Below are positions 40,557 to 51,700 of a stretch of DNA of 64,000 nucleotides, in pieces. Position numbers and translations under genes: made by a program. The stretch is from Spirochaetota bacterium (GTDB lineage: Bacteria > Spirochaetota > UBA4802 > JAFGJZ01): positions 31,966-95,965 of the forward strand of contig JAQIBV010000038.1 in the NCBI GenBank assembly GCA_027858855.1, given 5' to 3'. The first letter of the stretch is position 1, and every line of letters begins with the position of its first letter. Under the pieces are notes generated by a model. That model worked only from the letters and a program-made list of their open reading frames with translations, was not told the origin of the DNA and searched no databases.

Positions 40557-41235
40557 ATGGTAACTTCCGTAGAAACTGGAAAAGAGAGCGAAGTCCAAGG
40601 CGAAACGTTAGTGGATGTTGAGCCTCTTGTGTTTGAGGATCAACCCGGTGCTGCCCCTAAGGTTGAGGCGCGTCTGGACGAGTTTGCTCCAGTTGTTGAT
40701 ATAATCGGAGGAATTTATTTTAGCGGATTGTATCACAACAGCGGTGAAGCTGTCATAACTTATCCCAAGGTTACAGTCTATTATGCACGATGCGAGTGGA
40801 AAAATCCTTGTTAGTGGCTACGGTTATGGAACGCGAAGTTTTTTGCTGCCTGGTGAAAAAACAGTAATACGAGCTCTTATCACGAAAGCGCCGGACTATG
40901 ATCATTTTACTGTTGAGTATACACCCAAAGCTCCCTCTGTTCATACACAAGTGAATCGTATGAAAATGGCCGTAATCAGTTCGCAGATGGAATTTTCAGG
41001 TAATGGCAGGCTGGATATAATAGGAACTGTTAAGAATAATGATAATCGAAACTGCAGCAGTTTTAAACTTCAGGCTCTTGTTTACAGAGATGGAAATATA
41101 ATTGGATCGGGCCTTGAAGTATGGACAAGCAATGTTGCTCCTTCGCAGCAGGTTCCGTTTTCTATGTACATACCTATGGCAATTGATGCTGCCGACTCTT
41201 ACGTAATTGACATTAGCGGAGAGCCGGCTTTATGA
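40557..41235 (+). CDS. Hypothetical protein split into two overlapping ORFs (40557–40814 and 40783–41235). Either a frameshift or two small genes.
   Basis: The ORFs overlap by 32 nt in different frames across an aaaaa run at ~40800. Neither has a signal peptide. Confidence 0.3.
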
Positions 41236-41284
41236 GTGTTGACTGCCTCTGATAATTAACTTTTTAACAGATGTCATTGGGCAT

Positions 41285-42328
41285 TTATAAAATATCTATA
41301 TATTTGCCGTACATCCAGCCGTTTACACCCTGCTTTGTCCTGATTCGGTACCAGGTCTCGCCGGTTATGCGTTTTACTGAGGCCTTGTCAACGACTCCGG
41401 TTATGGTTTTACCGTCTTTAATTGGATATCTTACCAGAAATCCGTCATCTCTTTCTTCTACAATGTAGATGCCTTTGCCTGCATCCAGTTTGATTTTTTT
41501 CCCAGACTCCATTGTCAACTGTGTCAGCCCCGAGAGTACAGCATCGTTTTCCATTGCAGTACTTTTTTTAGCCGTAACAGTTACCTCTGCTCCTTTTTGC
41601 AGTTGGCGTATTGCGTCGGATGTAACATTTGGCTCAGTACGGATGTTAACATTCGTTCCGTTAATCACTCCTGAAAGATTAACATCTATAATTTCGTTTT
41701 TAATCGGATCTGTTGTCTCTTCGGTAACAGGGGGCTGTTGTATGCTATTGTTTTCGGTTTTGCTCATCTGAAAAAGTGTAAAGGTTATAGCACCAATTAT
41801 AATAATGGTTCCCAGGGCTGCCCCAATAAAGAGAGGGTTTGTTCCAGAAGAGAGTTTTTTTTGACTTTTTTTGGCGGTTTTTTGGGGAGCGGTTCCGGCG
41901 TCACTGGCTTGATGAGCTGCTTTTGGGGCTTTCTTTTCTTTAAGGGAGTGAGCCAAAACGGTCTGCTGTTTATGGCGTAGTTCAAGTTCTTTCTGTATCT
42001 CTTTTAGTCGTGAATGGTTGTTTTTGTTAGTTGTACTGTCATTTGAAGATTTGGATAATTCTTTATTTATAGTGGTCTGCTCACGCTTTAGTGATCTTAT
42101 TTTCTTTTCTATATCAAGCAGTGTCTGATGCACGCTCTTTTCGAGTGTGACTAACTCGTTTTTTGCAACATCAACAAGTTGTTTATATTCAGAGACGGCC
42201 GCCTTGTATCGTTCCTTATCCAGGGTTTTCTTTTTTGTTTTAATTTGTTGTTGTTTTGACTTCAATGCTGAAAGGTCATTACGCAGCTGAGCTAATCTTT
42301 TAAGGTCTTTTGATGTAATCTTATTCAT
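41285..42328 (-). CDS. Membrane protein with an N-terminal cytoplasmic coiled-coil, a single TM and C-terminal SH3b domains
   Basis: K/E/Q-rich heptad-like N-terminus, TM (LFIGAALGTIIIIGAITFTLF), SH3b-like segments (…WYRIRTKQGVNGWMYGKYI). Confidence 0.5.
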   Translation of the reverse strand: MNKITSKDLKRLAQLRNDLSALKSKQQQIKTKKKTLDKERYKAAVSEYKQLVDVAKNELVTLEKSVHQTLLDIEKKIRSLKREQTTINKELSKSSNDSTTNKNNHSRLKEIQKELELRHKQQTVLAHSLKEKKAPKAAHQASDAGTAPQKTAKKSQKKLSSGTNPLFIGAALGTIIIIGAITFTLFQMSKTENNSIQQPPVTEETTDPIKNEIIDVNLSGVINGTNVNIRTEPNVTSDAIRQLQKGAEVTVTAKKSTAMENDAVLSGLTQLTMESGKKIKLDAGKGIYIVEERDDGFLVRYPIKDGKTITGVVDKASVKRITGETWYRIRTKQGVNGWMYGKYIDIL

Positions 42329-42604
42329 CTATTTGTACTCTCACTTTTGATTAAAGAATAATTTCTGCAAAAGAATAGTTAAATCCTGTATATGTATAAG
42401 TAAAAGAAAGAAAGTGGGTTACAGTCAAGCTGTTTTTCTGCAACAGGCATTTTGTCATAAGGTAGTGCTATTTTCATGTAGACCCCCACTTTTCCAAATT
42501 GACATCTAAAAATAGTGAGTAATAAAATGTAGTCAAGCCATAACAGTAATGATTAAACAGTTAAAAAAGGGAGCATATTAAATCTGACGTTAACATGTTT
42601 GTTT

Positions 42605-43216
42605 CTATTTTTGTTTCAGGTGAATTTCGGTGATCTGGTTAACTGTAGTTTGCACCAATTCATCAAAGGGCTGGCCTCCGTCTATAATAATGTCGGCACT
42701 TGTTCGCGACGGATAAATTACTGAATCGAAAAAGGGTTTCGCCTGTGAAAACATTTTATGCTTAATGAAACTATCACTCTGTTTCAGTTTTTTTGAGTAG
42801 TGATCGTAACGCCTCTCATCGCGTAGACTCTCTTGCGTATCGATGAAGATTTTAAGTGAGGCTTGTTTGTTAATTTCCGCGAAACAGAAGGCAAAGATTC
42901 CTTCAAGAATGAGTATGTCACATTCATTTAAATTAAGGGATCCGGATTGACTGTGGGTTTTAAACTCAAAAGTTTTTATTGTTACCGGTTTTTTTTTGAT
43001 TATTTCTGTGCAGCAATTTATCAGGTATTCGCTGTTTACCGACTGTAAACAGTCGAAATTGTGGTCGTACAGGTCGGTTCCCTTCGGGATTTCGGAGTAG
43101 AACATGTCGGTTGAAAGCAGGGCGCTATTCAGACCTGTTTTTTGCAGTTCTTCGACAAGTTGGGAAGCAAAGAGTGATTTTCCAGCTCGGCTTCCTCCGG
43201 ATATCAGTATAAGCAT
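42605..43216 (-). CDS. udk: Uridine/cytidine kinase family P-loop kinase
   Basis: Walker A ISGGSRAGKS. Strong similarity to the Udk core (…ILILEGI…IFIDT…ADIIIDGG…). Confidence 0.65.
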   Translation of the reverse strand: MLILISGGSRAGKSLFASQLVEELQKTGLNSALLSTDMFYSEIPKGTDLYDHNFDCLQSVNSEYLINCCTEIIKKKPVTIKTFEFKTHSQSGSLNLNECDILILEGIFAFCFAEINKQASLKIFIDTQESLRDERRYDHYSKKLKQSDSFIKHKMFSQAKPFFDSVIYPSRTSADIIIDGGQPFDELVQTTVNQITEIHLKQK

Positions 43217-43519
43217 TTTTTCTCCATAAAGACTGGTTGTATGTTGTGGCTAATTTTGTTCAGAATAGAAAAAGCTGATAACTTATAGATGCATGTGCAA
43301 AAAGCCTGTCAACAGAAAAGGACTGTAACTGTTTATGTTCTTAAATTAGGTGGAAAAAACAGTTGTAAAATTTTAGTTACAGAGCAGTATTAGGGCAACT
43401 CCTACGATAATTATGAAATAGAAGCCGGTGAGTAATATACTTTCTGAGTAAGATGACAGGTTTGTATTTTCCGAGAAGGAGTTTAAGTAATTAAACAGGA
43501 AAACTGGTAAACAGATAAT

Positions 43520-44335
43520 ATGAAACTTTCAGAACAAGAGACAGCGCAACTTCTTGAACGACTGCGCAATCGGTATGATGAATATAGTAAAAAGTATAAC
43601 CCGGCCTGGTTTAACAGAAATACCTTCGAAGACCGAGTTACCTTTGCCTATGAAAACCGTATGGATATGTCGGCATTTATACTAGCCGAAGTTGCCAACT
43701 TTGAAAAAATGAAAGAGAAGTACGAGAAGCAGAAAGAGCGCAGTTCCTTCGCTAATAAAGTAGATAAAATAATTGAAGAGCAGATGGAGCGGATAAGTAA
43801 ATATCCGCGAATGGAGTTTCATCCTCGTGCCGGAATAGAGATATCTCACATGTACGGAGCATTATATCATCTGGCTGATCGTCTGTACCCTGTTTTGTGG
43901 CTCATTGTAGACGATACATCTTCCCGTGAAAAGCTACAACAGCTTGAATCAGAGCTTTTCCATTTTGCTCAGCCGACGTTAAGCCGTTTACCCAGATTTA
44001 CAGAAGATTATGCTCTGTTGTTGGCACGGCCGAATTTAAGTGAACTGGAGGTCGAGAAGGGTAAAAACAACTATCTGAAAGAGGCGGCCTTTCTTCTTTT
44101 CCATATTGCTGCTTTCTGTGATTATCTTATTAAAAATCCGGGGTCACTTTTTGAACACCCAGTTAGTTTTTCACGTGGTTACGAGAGTGCCGAAAAAAAG
44201 AAAAAACTTTCTGAAGAGTTCAGCTCATTAACCGGGTTTGGCGCTGTATTCAAGATTAAGCACTACTGTGAAGACCTTGTGGCCGATTTTAGGTTGACTG
44301 CTTTTCGTCCGGTAAACACTTCTTCATACAAATAA
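43520..44335 (+). CDS. Hypothetical cytoplasmic protein
   Basis: ORF with no recognisable domain. Its 3' end overlaps the convergent gene at 44289–45956 by 47 nt. Confidence 0.35.
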   Translation: MKLSEQETAQLLERLRNRYDEYSKKYNPAWFNRNTFEDRVTFAYENRMDMSAFILAEVANFEKMKEKYEKQKERSSFANKVDKIIEEQMERISKYPRMEFHPRAGIEISHMYGALYHLADRLYPVLWLIVDDTSSREKLQQLESELFHFAQPTLSRLPRFTEDYALLLARPNLSELEVEKGKNNYLKEAAFLLFHIAAFCDYLIKNPGSLFEHPVSFSRGYESAEKKKKLSEEFSSLTGFGAVFKIKHYCEDLVADFRLTAFRPVNTSSYK

Positions 44336-45956
44336 CTGTTACGTCATCATCCACTGCTGAATAGTCCATAAATGAATAGACTGACCCAAGAACAGAGTGG
44401 AGTATGTCAATTGGTTTCGAGTGGCGGATGGCATGTTTGAACTGCTTTTTTAATCTCTCTCCTCCATACAGCTCTTTTCTTTCAGGGTTTGGCGCTTCGA
44501 TTAGTCCATCAGTGTATACAAAAATAGTGTCATCAGTATTAAATTCCAATGTCTGCTGTTCAAATTCTGCATTTTCAAAGAGACCGATAATCGGACCGGT
44601 TTGTCCCAGTTCAATAATTTTCTTGCTGGATGATTTGTAAAAAAAAGCTGTTGGATGTCCGGTTGAAACAAAGCTGATAGTGTTGGTTTCGAAGTTTATC
44701 TGCCATAAAAACATGGTGGCAAAGTAGTAAATTTCGCGTGCTGTCTGTGTCAGTATTTTATTTACAGTTGTGGTTATACGAGCCGGCTCTTCAAGTTGTG
44801 GTGATATAGAGCGTATGATTGAACGGATTGCCGAACCGATGTAGGAGGATGCCATTCCATGTCCGCATACATCGCAGACTACTATCTGATAAATATTTCT
44901 GCTAATATAAAAGGCATCAAAAAAATCTCCCGAAATTTCGTCCATCGGTATAAAGGTAGAGGCGATGCTGTACCCCGGAACTTCTTTAAAGTCGGGTAGG
45001 AGTGAGACCTGAATTGTTCGAACCCGGTGTATTTCTTTGCGCTCTTTTTCGATCTCTGTTTGCAGGCGGTTTTTTGTGTCAATATCGGTGCCCTTAAGGT
45101 TGATGAAATCAAGATACAGCTTCATCATTTCGACCGATTCGTCGGGAAGCGGGTGAGTCGTTTGCAGACTTACAATGCCGGTATCACGATGGTTAAACAT
45201 AATACGGTAGATGTAGACATATATTGAATAGTTTCTGGTTTTAATGCGGAAAGTCGAGCTGCTCTTTTCCCCGTTAATAATATCTGGTTTAAGGTTCAAC
45301 AGTTTTTTGTAGCCAAGAAACTTAATCCTTGGGGAGCGGTTTATCTGGAAAAGGTTATCGGATTGATCTGAAAAAAGCACAATTTCGCAGAAGGGACAGT
45401 CCATAATATTGATAACGTCTTCTATAGAAGAGATGATGTCTGTTTTTGTAATTTCGTTAATATTATTGTTGATTATAGATGTCAGCTTATAAAGTTTTTT
45501 GTTAAAGAGCTTCATCTCGTCGTACAACTGTTTCAGGTTATGTTTTGATAATATGTTTTCAGACAGAATATTGATTTTTGCCAGAAGTTCTGTGGGGAAA
45601 AACGGTTTGCGTATATAATCTGTAGCTCCGGCACTGTAGGAGTCGTTTACAGTTTTCTCTCCGGTATCGCCGGTCATTACGATTATTATGGCGTCGTTGT
45701 GAACAGAGCCTGCCCGTATTTCCCGGCACAGCTCAAGTCCGTTGCCATCAGGAAGGTGCAGGTCCAGTAAAAGTATATCCGGGCGAAAAGAGAGAAATCG
45801 CTCCTTAAACTGCTGCGCTGTTGTTACGTGCTCAAACTCGAACTGTTCTTTCAGCATCTCTTCAAGCATTTTGCCAATTGACACATCGTCTTCAAGAGCC
45901 AGAAGACGCAGGGTGTTGAGCTTCTTTTTCCTAATCTGATTATGCATTGATTTCAT
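44289..45956 (-). CDS. Response-regulator receiver domain fused to a PP2C-family (SpoIIE/RsbU-like) Ser/Thr phosphatase
   Basis: REC (…LLLDLHLPDGNG…YIRKPF…). Central region. C-terminal PP2C motifs (SGDFFDAF…VCDVCGHG…VYTDGLIEA). Confidence 0.7.
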   Translation of the reverse strand: MKSMHNQIRKKKLNTLRLLALEDDVSIGKMLEEMLKEQFEFEHVTTAQQFKERFLSFRPDILLLDLHLPDGNGLELCREIRAGSVHNDAIIIVMTGDTGEKTVNDSYSAGATDYIRKPFFPTELLAKINILSENILSKHNLKQLYDEMKLFNKKLYKLTSIINNNINEITKTDIISSIEDVINIMDCPFCEIVLFSDQSDNLFQINRSPRIKFLGYKKLLNLKPDIINGEKSSSTFRIKTRNYSIYVYIYRIMFNHRDTGIVSLQTTHPLPDESVEMMKLYLDFINLKGTDIDTKNRLQTEIEKERKEIHRVRTIQVSLLPDFKEVPGYSIASTFIPMDEISGDFFDAFYISRNIYQIVVCDVCGHGMASSYIGSAIRSIIRSISPQLEEPARITTTVNKILTQTAREIYYFATMFLWQINFETNTISFVSTGHPTAFFYKSSSKKIIELGQTGPIIGLFENAEFEQQTLEFNTDDTIFVYTDGLIEAPNPERKELYGGERLKKQFKHAIRHSKPIDILHSVLGSVYSFMDYSAVDDDVTVICMKKCLPDEKQST

Positions 45957-46027
45957 ACTTATAATGTATCATAGCGGAAGGAATAAATCAAGCTTTTGTA
46001 TTATTTTGGTTGCTGTAAGATTTCAAG

Positions 46028-48505
46028 TTAGCTTACATCAATAGTCCGTTTAAGAGCCTTATCCGATTTCATGTAGTAAGAGCATCTTTTTATAAAGTGT
46101 TGTGAAGGGCCGTCTCCGCTGTACAGGCGTGTAGCTTTGCGGAAAAATTGTCGTGCTTCTTTAAATTGCTTCTGGTAAAACAGGCGTTGTCCCTCTTCGT
46201 ACAGAGACAAAAAGTCTGATAGTGCCGCATAAAGATCCTGTCTTCCCATGATCTGATACAGGTTGGTGGTAATGTTACAGTTAGCGAATTTCACACGGTC
46301 AAGGTTGCGCCAGGTGTACAGAGTCTCGATCCGATTCAGGGCGTCTTCTGTAATAACAAGAGGTGCGTCGTATTCAAGACTAATTTTTATCATAGAGCGG
46401 ACGACACTAAGAACTGTACCATAAAGTGTAAGCAGATTATAGTCTCCGCGTGAAGAGATTCGTGAAGCCAGTTGTGCGTAGTCAATCGCAGCTAAAAAGT
46501 CAAGAGTCAGAGACTTTTTACTCATCAATTTACTTTTATTTATTCCGCCTATTGTTTTTTGAAAAATCAGAGCCGTTTCAACAGCGTCGGTGACCGGTTC
46601 GCTGGTCGCAAAACCCAGGCCGTAGGCGCTGCAAAAGATACCTCGTTCAAGTGACACAAGGACTCCTTCTCTTCCTTCACACTCAATTCTGAATGAGTTA
46701 TTCAGAGTCAAGATCATTTTATCAAAGTCACGAGCAGAAAGTTGGGAGGCAATTTCTGGCAGGTTCTGTATCTGTATATAAAGAAGTGTAGCGTTTGCTG
46801 TCTCGGGAATACGTATCGGTTTAATGCTGCTTGCGATTTTCTCAATTGTTATTGGTGAAATATTAAGCCCGGCCTTCTTTCGTAAAGACAGAAACCAGGC
46901 AACCCTTACCTTTTGCTCTACAAACATGCCTGTGCACGCAAGAAAAAACAGAATATGAATGTAGCCGGTTTCAATATATACTCCAAAAAATTGAAATATA
47001 AGATAAATAATCAGGTTAACAAAAAGAAACAGTATACCTGTTTTTTTTAGCCCTATAGTCAGGGGGTATTTATAGAAAACAATATAAATAAGAGCGGCTG
47101 CAAAAAGAAGAAATATAAATTGAATAACTGATCCGCCCATGTTGGCGCCTCTGTTGTCACGAAGATTGGCCAGAATCAACGCGCTCTGATATCCCGGGGT
47201 GTTGTAGCTACCAAAAAAACGGGGAGAGGCAAGGTGGGCGTAAGCTGTGTGAGACTCCTGCTCTATGAAGAGGGTCTTCCCTTTCAGAGCCTCGAAAGGC
47301 TTAAGTTTCTGTTCAATTGTGTCAACAGCTTTCAGGGCTTCGGCAATGCCTCTTTTTTCGCGAGGGGTCAACTCGTTTGTGTTAAGCGAACTGGCCTTGG
47401 AGTAGATGATGGAACCAATTCGATTCGTATCCTCTTCGGCAGAAAGATACATCTCCCGTAAAATCGGGTCTTCAGGGTGTGAAACAGCCCGTTGTAACAG
47501 TTGCAGAAGACCATCTGAAATATCAGAAAATTCACTGTTTCCCGTATAGAATGCCAACAGAGAGAGGTGTGTATTCTTCTCGTGCATAAGGTCAGAATAG
47601 TTCATTAGTGTAGTAAAATTTATATTGAGTATCGGATTTTTCTGAAATGGGGTGTCGTAGTAATAGGGTAGAAATTTTTTGCTCGTGTAGTTAGCGTTTT
47701 TCTTTTTACTGTTGTTATATATGGCAAGGGAAACATGAGTGTAATCTTTGCCATCTGTCCGGTAGTGCAGTGGAAGCGCTTTTCCTCCAGTAAAAAGAGG
47801 TATAAAGGTACCTGATAAATCTATTATGTCTGATAAGTTTTCATCAGCGAATGTAATATCTGATGATGTATTGTCGAGGCTGTTGTTGGTTTTATCTTTT
47901 TTGTTATTTTGCAGTAAAGAAATCAAATAAGGAAAGTAGAGTGTTGTTGTGCCGTTATGACTGTTTTTAGAACCTGTATTCAGTCCTTGATCGGTTTTAG
48001 TTAAAAGATCAAAGGAAAACTGTTCGCCGGATGCTATCTTTTCGAATAAATTTCGACTTATGTGCAGTGAAGAACTGTAAGAAACAGCTCCGCAAATAAC
48101 TACAGTTTCGGCTCCGGCGATACGAGCGGTTGCGGCTGCCTGAATCAGGGTTGTAGCAGCGGCTGTGTGGTCAGGAAGCGAACTATAGGCTACTGTTTCG
48201 CTTGAATGAAAAGGCAGTGAAAGCGAATATGACAATCTGTAAAGGAAGGTGCTGTAACCTCTGTAAAAAGGGGCGAGTAAAAGGGTTAACAGTATCAGAA
48301 TGATTAATAGAGCTGTTCGGCTGTAGTTTTGATCCTTAAGCAGGATTATTATTCTTTTTAGTATCAAACCGTTTACCTGTTTGTTTTTAAATGACTTTTG
48401 ACTGTTCTGTATTATGGAACCAGAAGATGTTTTGCTAATAATTGCATTAAGTCGTGAACGGGTAACCCGAAAGATCAATTGATCAGAGCTGTGATTCCCT
48501 GTCAA
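46028..48505 (-). CDS. Membrane sensor with a periplasmic CHASE2-like domain, a TM bundle and a C-terminal class-III adenylate/guanylate-cyclase-like domain (tentative)
   Basis: N-terminal TM, ~350-aa extracytoplasmic region, 3–4 TM (…VIQFIFLLFAAALIYIV…), C-terminal cyclase-like segment (ATLLYIQIQNLPEIASQL…ERGIFCSAYGLG…). Confidence 0.45.
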   Translation of the reverse strand: MTGNHSSDQLIFRVTRSRLNAIISKTSSGSIIQNSQKSFKNKQVNGLILKRIIILLKDQNYSRTALLIILILLTLLLAPFYRGYSTFLYRLSYSLSLPFHSSETVAYSSLPDHTAAATTLIQAAATARIAGAETVVICGAVSYSSSLHISRNLFEKIASGEQFSFDLLTKTDQGLNTGSKNSHNGTTTLYFPYLISLLQNNKKDKTNNSLDNTSSDITFADENLSDIIDLSGTFIPLFTGGKALPLHYRTDGKDYTHVSLAIYNNSKKKNANYTSKKFLPYYYDTPFQKNPILNINFTTLMNYSDLMHEKNTHLSLLAFYTGNSEFSDISDGLLQLLQRAVSHPEDPILREMYLSAEEDTNRIGSIIYSKASSLNTNELTPREKRGIAEALKAVDTIEQKLKPFEALKGKTLFIEQESHTAYAHLASPRFFGSYNTPGYQSALILANLRDNRGANMGGSVIQFIFLLFAAALIYIVFYKYPLTIGLKKTGILFLFVNLIIYLIFQFFGVYIETGYIHILFFLACTGMFVEQKVRVAWFLSLRKKAGLNISPITIEKIASSIKPIRIPETANATLLYIQIQNLPEIASQLSARDFDKMILTLNNSFRIECEGREGVLVSLERGIFCSAYGLGFATSEPVTDAVETALIFQKTIGGINKSKLMSKKSLTLDFLAAIDYAQLASRISSRGDYNLLTLYGTVLSVVRSMIKISLEYDAPLVITEDALNRIETLYTWRNLDRVKFANCNITTNLYQIMGRQDLYAALSDFLSLYEEGQRLFYQKQFKEARQFFRKATRLYSGDGPSQHFIKRCSYYMKSDKALKRTIDVS

Positions 48506-48792
48506 TTATAGTATGAATATTATCCTCTGTACTATGTTATTATTGAACTGTGAAAAGCTTTTATATTTTCGAGGTTATTCTTCAATGCTTATATATTTAG
48601 AACAAATTTCAACAAGTTTACTGTTGTAATAATTCTTGTTGACTGATCGTGGCGGTCAGTCATAGAAAGTTAGGATTCTTATTGTTCTGATTTTAAAGTT
48701 TGCAGAATCAGAACAATATGAGTTTCCGGCAAAATATGTGAAAATACAGTTAATCAAAGTAATTCAGATAAAAGTAATCCAGGAGTTGTGCA

Positions 48793-51700
48793 GTGAAAAA
48801 ATTCATCGAATATCTTCTTAAGAACTCATTAATAATCAACCTTATTTCAGTCTCAATAGTTATTGCGGGGCTTCTTTTCATGTTTAACGCCAATCGCGAG
48901 GCCTTTCCTCAGGTTGATTTTGGTTGGGTTATAATCCAGACTGTTTATCCGGGAGCGACTCCGGTGGATGTCGAAAAACTGGTGAGCAAGCCAATTGAGG
49001 ATCAGTTGCGAGAGGTAAACAATATTAAGCAGGTATCCTCCTCCTCTTTGGAAAGTATCTCTTTTGTTGCCTGTGAACTGGATCCTGATCTGAAAAACAA
49101 GGATAAGACCATTCAGCTGATAAAGGATGCTGTAGCCAAGGTGAATGACCTGCCTGATGACGTAGAAGACCCCGTCGTTACTGAGTTATCGATGGCAGAG
49201 ATTCCGGTGCTGCGTGTTTCCATCATGAACAAAAACGGCATTCAGAATGACGATGATGAATTTGAGCTTCGTAATTATGCAAAGCGTATGCAGGATCAGT
49301 TGATGATGCTTGAGGGAGCTGCCGAGATAAAGATGAACGGTTATCGAGACCGTGAAATGCATGTTGAAGTATCATTGGATAAACTGGATGAATACTATGT
49401 TGCCCTGAATACTATTACCGGCGCTCTTTCTGCCAAGAATATAAATTTTCCGGGCGGTATTGCCCAGGATAACAATGAGGATGTTGTTATCAGAACCATC
49501 GGAGAGTTTGATACCGCAGAAGATATCAGTGTTCTTGCTATCCGTGCCAACGATGTTGGCGGTACGGTTTCCATCGGGGATGTCGCGAATGTGCGTGACA
49601 CTCTTGCAAAAGAGGAGATAATTAACAAGGTAAACGGAGCAAAGAGTATTACCCTTACAATTATCAGTCGTGAGAAATATGATGTTATTACCCTGGTTGA
49701 AAAGGCCCGCGAGATAGTTACTGAATATCAGGAGGTGCTGCCTGAAAATTATGAGGTTGTTTTGACTGATGACCTGTCAAAGTATGTAATACGTCGTCTC
49801 GATGTTTTAAAGGGGAATGGCCTTTTGGGTATTATTCTGGTTATTCTGGCTCTCTTTATTGCACTTGGGTGGCGAATCTCTCTTGTGACGGCACTTGGGC
49901 TTCCGATTGCCTTTACTGGAACCTTCTGGTTTATGGGTGTTCAAGGGATAAGTATTAACCTGATTTCCATGTTTGCACTTATAATGGTGCTTGGTATGCT
50001 GGTGGATGATGCAATCATCGTTGCCGAAAATATCTACCGTCACCTGGAAGAGGGCGACCCGCTTCTTGAAGCGGTAGTTAACGGTACGCATGAGGTAATG
50101 ATACCGGTTGCCGGAACAATTATGACGACCATTGCAGCCTTCGCACCACTTCTTTTTATGGGCGGAATAATGGGTAAGTTTATGTGGGCGTTACCGGCCT
50201 GTGTTTCCATTGCGCTGACAATGTCATGGATAGAATCAATGCTTATTTTACCATCACACATCTATGATGTAGAGAAGCGATTTAAGCATAGAGAAAAATA
50301 TTTCGAAAAGAAGCAAAAGAAAAAAGAGAAGCATGAGAGTAAAACCAGCCGGTTTCAGTTGCGAAAGCGTTATGTGTCAACATTGGCACTCTTTTTAAGG
50401 CATAAGTTCATTTTTATTGCTCTTTTACTGGTTTTCTTTTTCGGATCCGTGGGTTTTGCTGTCAAAAAGGTAGAGTTTGAGCTTTTCCCTGGCGGAGGTA
50501 TTGAGGTCTGTGTTGTGTTAATGGAGGCGTCATCGGGAACTTCACTTGAGGTAATGGATGGTAAGGTTCGGCGTATTGAAGAGACGATATCTTCTCTTCC
50601 TGCGGAATATGTCGAGAGTTTTGTTTCACGTACCGGTTTTTATGGTCAGGATGAGGGTGATCCGAATGGTAAGCTCGGTTCAAAATATGCTTCAATAATT
50701 ATCAATCTGACCCCATTTCAGCAGCGTGACGTAACTGCCGAAGAGATTCTTGAACAGTTGCGGAAGGAAACTGAGTCGATATCGTCTGAGTTGAATAAGA
50801 TAGAATTCAAAATGGTAGAGAACGGACCGCCCTCTGATGGTGATGTGAATATCAGTGTCCGTGGAGAGGAGTTCGATGTTCTGGAAAAAATTGCAGACGA
50901 GTATTCTGAATACTTGCATTCTATCACAGGTGTCGAAAATGTTGCGGACAATTATGAAGCTGAAAAACGGGAAATGCGTATCTATGTAAATCAGGGTATT
51001 GCCATGCGAACCGGTATCAGTGTATTTGATGTTGCCTCAACCGTGCGTATCTGTTATGAGGGTTCGGTTGCAACATCCATAAAGCGCTCTGAAGAGGAGA
51101 TAGATGTCCGTGTAATTTTGCCCAAAGAGTCCCGACAATCGCTTGACAGGCTTGACGATATTAAGATTGCGAATCGTACCGGAGGGCTTATTCCTCTTAA
51201 AGAGGTGGCAATTTTTGAGGAGGGTATCGGAATTTCTGCGGTATCGCGCAAAGGATGGCGGCGTTCAATTGATGTAACTGCTGATATTGTCCCTCCAAAG
51301 CCGAAGGAGGGTGAAGAGCTCTCCTTTTTTGAGGGAATAAAAAAAGCATTTACCGAGAAGCCGTTAACTGCGATTGATGTCAATCTGATGGTAATGGAGA
51401 AATTCAAAGACATTGAACGCCGTTACCCTGGTTATTCGGTCAGTTATGAGGGTGAGTTTAAGGATACCGAAGATGCATTTATCCGTTTACGTAATTCATA
51501 CATAATTGCAATGCTTGCCATTTATATTATTCTTGTGGCGCTGTTTCATAATTTACGGCAACCGCTTATTGTGATGTCCATTATACCCTTCACCCTGACA
51601 GGAGTAATCTGGTCGTTCTTTTTTCATGGATTGCCTCTTTCGTTCATGGCTCTTATGGGAGTTGTCGGACTTGGAGGTGTTGTTGTAAACGACTCCATTG

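Noticed and set aside
41797-41985. Lys/Pro-rich 62-aa ORF on the minus strand
   Set aside because: It lies inside the larger 41285–42328 gene in another frame. The composition-driven open frame comes from the poly-A/G stretch.
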